This document shows, piece by piece, positions 35,998-38,246 of a DNA stretch of 38,246 nt (position 1 is the stretch's first letter; the number at the start of each line of letters is the position of its first letter). This DNA comes from a virus (taxonomy: Duplodnaviria > Caudoviricetes). Both the position numbers and the translations under genes were made by a program. The DNA lies in the IMG/VR virus record IMGVR_UViG_3300037310_000419, positions 1-38,246 of that record; one strand, 5' to 3'. The notes under the pieces were generated by a model. It had not been told where the DNA came from. It made no database searches and saw nothing but the letters and a program-made list of their open reading frames with translations.

Positions 35998-36065
35998 GCG
36001 ATTTTCTAACAAAACTGTAACATGCTTTTGGGCGTAAATAGTGGTAAAATGTTTGTATACAAAGT

Positions 36066-36093
36066 TTGACAATTTCGTTCAAATGGCTATAAT
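36066..36093 (+). promoter_or_regulatory. Repressor promoter
   Basis: TTGACA-N16-TATAAT; TTTGTATACAAA palindrome at 36052-36063. Confidence 0.75.
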
Positions 36094-36108
36094 TTTACTA
36101 AATGGGGA

Positions 36109-36384
36109 GTGAATATGGTAAAGCGCGTAGTCAATCGCGTTGCTGAACTCATATCCATCAAAAATCGGAGAGATAATCGCCGATGGAAAATCGAAGAAAT
36201 TGCCGAAGCAACTGGCTTAATGCCAAAAACGGTTCATGCCTGGCTTCACAATAGCGTTCGCCGTTTTGACGAAAAACAGCTTCTGGCATTTGCCACATTT
36301 CTCGAAGTGGAAGTTAGCGAGTTACTGACAACACAAGAGGAAGATGAAAACTTGGGGAATATGGAAGCCGCGATACCTGCCTAA
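36109..36384 (+). CDS. XRE/Cro-CI-type HTH repressor
   Basis: IEEIAEATGLMPKTVHAW...FATFLEVEVSELL. Confidence 0.85.
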   Translation: MNMVKRVVNRVAELISIKNRRDNRRWKIEEIAEATGLMPKTVHAWLHNSVRRFDEKQLLAFATFLEVEVSELLTTQEEDENLGNMEAAIPA

Positions 36385-36535
36385 TCGAGAAAATTGTCGG
36401 GCATCGCGGCGGCATCAATTACAAACAGGGAGTACAAAGCCCTGAATGCACCTTAACATATGAATAGCACAGTCGCCAGAGCCATAAGGACGTCCTAATA
36501 TAGTTCACCTTGCCCATGACGAAGAGGGGAAAGCT

Positions 36536-36578
36536 GTGGACGCAGAGAGACTTGAACTCCCGACTTCACGGATTAAAA
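36536..36578 (-). other. attP core: 3' half of a tRNA (probably Lys-UUU)
   Basis: Minus strand TTTTAA-TCCGTGAAGTC-GGGAG-TTCAAGT-CTCTC-TGCGTCC-A; no 5' half; overlaps the integrase stop. Confidence 0.8.
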
Positions 36579-37543
36579 CGTTTTTCGTTACTTTTGGGGG
36601 CGTGCAATGCCCCCGAATTCTTGACCTCTTTTTCCACTGGCAGAGGCTTGCCTTCTTCGCCAAAAGCCACTTCGCGGATAGCCTTCTCCAGCGCTTCATC
36701 ATCGGGATTGCCATAATGCTTGGCATAAACGTTATCAGAAATCCCCATGCTCTTTGCAGCAACATGCGTTGGAATTTTATGAACACGCAGTTGCACGCCC
36801 TTTCGATGCCTTAGCGAATGCGTTCCCCAACTGCCAATCCCCGCTTCGATACAACGTCTCCTGAAAAATTGGGATAAGGCAGCCGCCGAAACCTTCGCGC
36901 CCTTCTGATGAAAAACATAATCGCCAGCTTCGGCTTTCTGGGCAATCTTCCACTGAATCAGCGCTGCTTTTGTCGCCTTGCCAAACCAGACTTTGCGGGT
37001 TTTCTGCCCTTTCTCAGTCACAGTGGCAAATTGCAGCTTCAAATTTACGTCTGACCAGCGCAACCCCACAGCTCCGCCGCGCCGCGCCCCACCATCGCCC
37101 AGGAACATAATCAGCGCCAACGCACGCGCATATTGCTTCGGCTTAAGCAGTGCCAAATCCTGATAAAACTTCACCATTCTCTGAAAAAGCGCATCGGGCA
37201 TTGCTTTCTGAACACTGTTCCCCTCATTGGCCTGTGGCACGGCTCGTTTCCGAACGCCATCAATCGGCGCTTTGGAAATCAAACCCGTTCGCACGGCCCA
37301 GCGGAAGAACGTCCCAACATGCTTGATGAATTTGTTCACGGTATGGACAGATTTCACACCTGGGCGCTTTTCATAATTCTGAACAGCGCGAAGCACATCA
37401 AATGACTTGATTTCTTCTAGGGGCAAAGAAGGGGAAACATACGACATGAAGACAACGAGGTCTTCCTTGTAGGTTCGGCGCGTGGTCGGGATGTACTCTC
37501 CTAAAAATACATCAACCGCCTCGCCAAGCGTGACAGTTTTCAT
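36566..37543 (-). CDS. int: Tyrosine recombinase/integrase
   Basis: SAM-like N-domain, GARR, EKG, HSLRH, C-terminal Tyr; AAAGGA RBS before ATG 37543. Confidence 0.9.
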   Translation of the reverse strand: MKTVTLGEAVDVFLGEYIPTTRRTYKEDLVVFMSYVSPSLPLEEIKSFDVLRAVQNYEKRPGVKSVHTVNKFIKHVGTFFRWAVRTGLISKAPIDGVRKRAVPQANEGNSVQKAMPDALFQRMVKFYQDLALLKPKQYARALALIMFLGDGGARRGGAVGLRWSDVNLKLQFATVTEKGQKTRKVWFGKATKAALIQWKIAQKAEAGDYVFHQKGAKVSAAALSQFFRRRCIEAGIGSWGTHSLRHRKGVQLRVHKIPTHVAAKSMGISDNVYAKHYGNPDDEALEKAIREVAFGEEGKPLPVEKEVKNSGALHAPKSNEKRFNP

Positions 37544-37554
37544 GGTGCTATTCC

Positions 37555-37587
37555 TTTGTACTTGATGCTTCTGTTTGTACTTGATGC
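37555..37587. repeat. Tandem 14-bp direct repeat TTTGTACTTGATGC in the integrase leader
   Basis: Copies at 37555-37568 and 37574-37587; related copies at 35236 and, inverted, at 36410. Confidence 0.8.
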
Positions 37588-37637
37588 CGATTCCAATTGT
37601 ATTCAATTTTTTGTTCTATGAAAGGGAACTAATAAAA

Positions 37638-37898
37638 ATGATGGCCTTAACCGAAAGTGAATTCTCAGTTCTGAATCTTTTTTATGTCACCAAATGGAAG
37701 AATCTTAAGCGCATCTCGCCATTTTTCATCAGGCGATTTGAAGCTTTAGGCTTCATCGAAATCCACGCAAACAACACCCATGCCCGAATCACGCCAGCAG
37801 GCCGCGCCGCCCATCGTGAAACTCACATCCTTCGCGGCAAAGGCGAAGCCTCCCCCTGCCTTGTCGAAGAACTCAACCGTTTCAGCCGTATGAAATAA
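37638..37898 (+). CDS. Small winged-helix-like protein, first gene of the early arm
   Basis: LTESEFSVL...FEALGFIE...RITPAGRAA. Confidence 0.6.
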   Translation: MMALTESEFSVLNLFYVTKWKNLKRISPFFIRRFEALGFIEIHANNTHARITPAGRAAHRETHILRGKGEASPCLVEELNRFSRMK

Positions 37899-37914
37899 TC
37901 TTTTAAGGAGAAAT

Positions 37915-38246
37915 ATGAGCAACTTACGCAGAAATCAACGCGGCACATGGGCAAAACTTATCATATGGCTTCGCAAGCGCAATAAAGGTGTTCTCAATCT
38001 TTATCGTGCCAATCTTTATCGTGCCAATCTTTCGAGTGCCAATCTTTCGAGTGCCAATCTTGAGAGTGCCAATCTTGAGAGTGCCAATCTTGAGAGTGCC
38101 AATCTTGAGAGTGCCAATCTTTCGAGTGCCAATCTTGAGAGTGCCTATCTTTATCGTGCCAATCTTTCGAGTGCCAATCTTTCGAGTGCCTATCTTTATC
38201 GTGCCAATCTTTATCGTGCCAATCTTTATCGTGCCAATCTTGAGAG
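37915..38246 (+). CDS. Pentapeptide-repeat protein, 5' part
   Basis: AAGGAG at 37905-37910, ATG 37915, [41 protein letters not shown]...; about 230 aa when joined. Confidence 0.88.
   Translation, partial: MSNLRRNQRGTWAKLIIWLRKRNKGVLNLYRANLYRANLSSANLSSANLESANLESANLESANLESANLSSANLESAYLYRANLSSANLSSAYLYRANLYRANLYRANLE
38006..38246 (+). repeat. 15-bp tandem repeat array (continues across the join)
   Basis: Same units; 8 unique units at 38006-38125, then the overlap. Confidence 0.95.
38126..38246 (+). repeat. Terminal direct repeat (assembly circular overlap), right copy
   Basis: Identical to 1-121. Confidence 0.9.

Larger units (their letters stand above)
1..38246. mobile_element. Complete circular temperate phage / phage-plasmid genome (siphovirus-like)
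   Basis: Terminase, portal, capsid, tail tube, tape measure, integrase, attP and parAB all present; 121-bp identical ends. Confidence 0.93.

Noticed and set aside
36109-36578. Integration-dependent immunity (attP inside the repressor gene)
   Set aside because: The repressor stops at 36384, about 150 bp before the attP core
36536-36610. Intact tRNA gene
   Set aside because: Only the anticodon loop to acceptor 3' strand is present; the upstream sequence is integrase coding sequence and there is no CCA

Overview
The window looks like a complete, circular temperate tailed-phage (siphovirus-like) genome of about 38.1 kb. Bases 1-121 equal 38126-38246 exactly, and the join falls inside a pentapeptide-repeat gene (37915 through the join to 482). 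The + strand early arm carries parA/parB, a putative replication initiator, a DEDDh exonuclease, HNH, PolX-like and ASCH-like genes, and a C5 methyltransferase whose motif IX lies in a nested out-of-frame ORF. The - strand arm carries terminase, portal, MuF, tail and head genes in an unusual swapped block order, two GT4 glycosyltransferases and an acetyltransferase. The control region has an XRE repressor, a tyrosine integrase and a tRNA-3'-half attP. The strongest candidate new system is the coexistence of parABS and integrase/attP with an approximately 100-nt promoter-and-terminator-bounded sRNA complementary to a duplicated motif in the integrase leader, which could be an RNA switch between plasmid and integrated lysogeny. 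Also notable are five perfect 16-bp palindromes, a second operator-like palindrome pair, and seven strand-polarised hairpin/G-quadruplex repeats. A Chloroflexota host is only a weak guess. All calls come from reading motifs by eye; no database searches were run.
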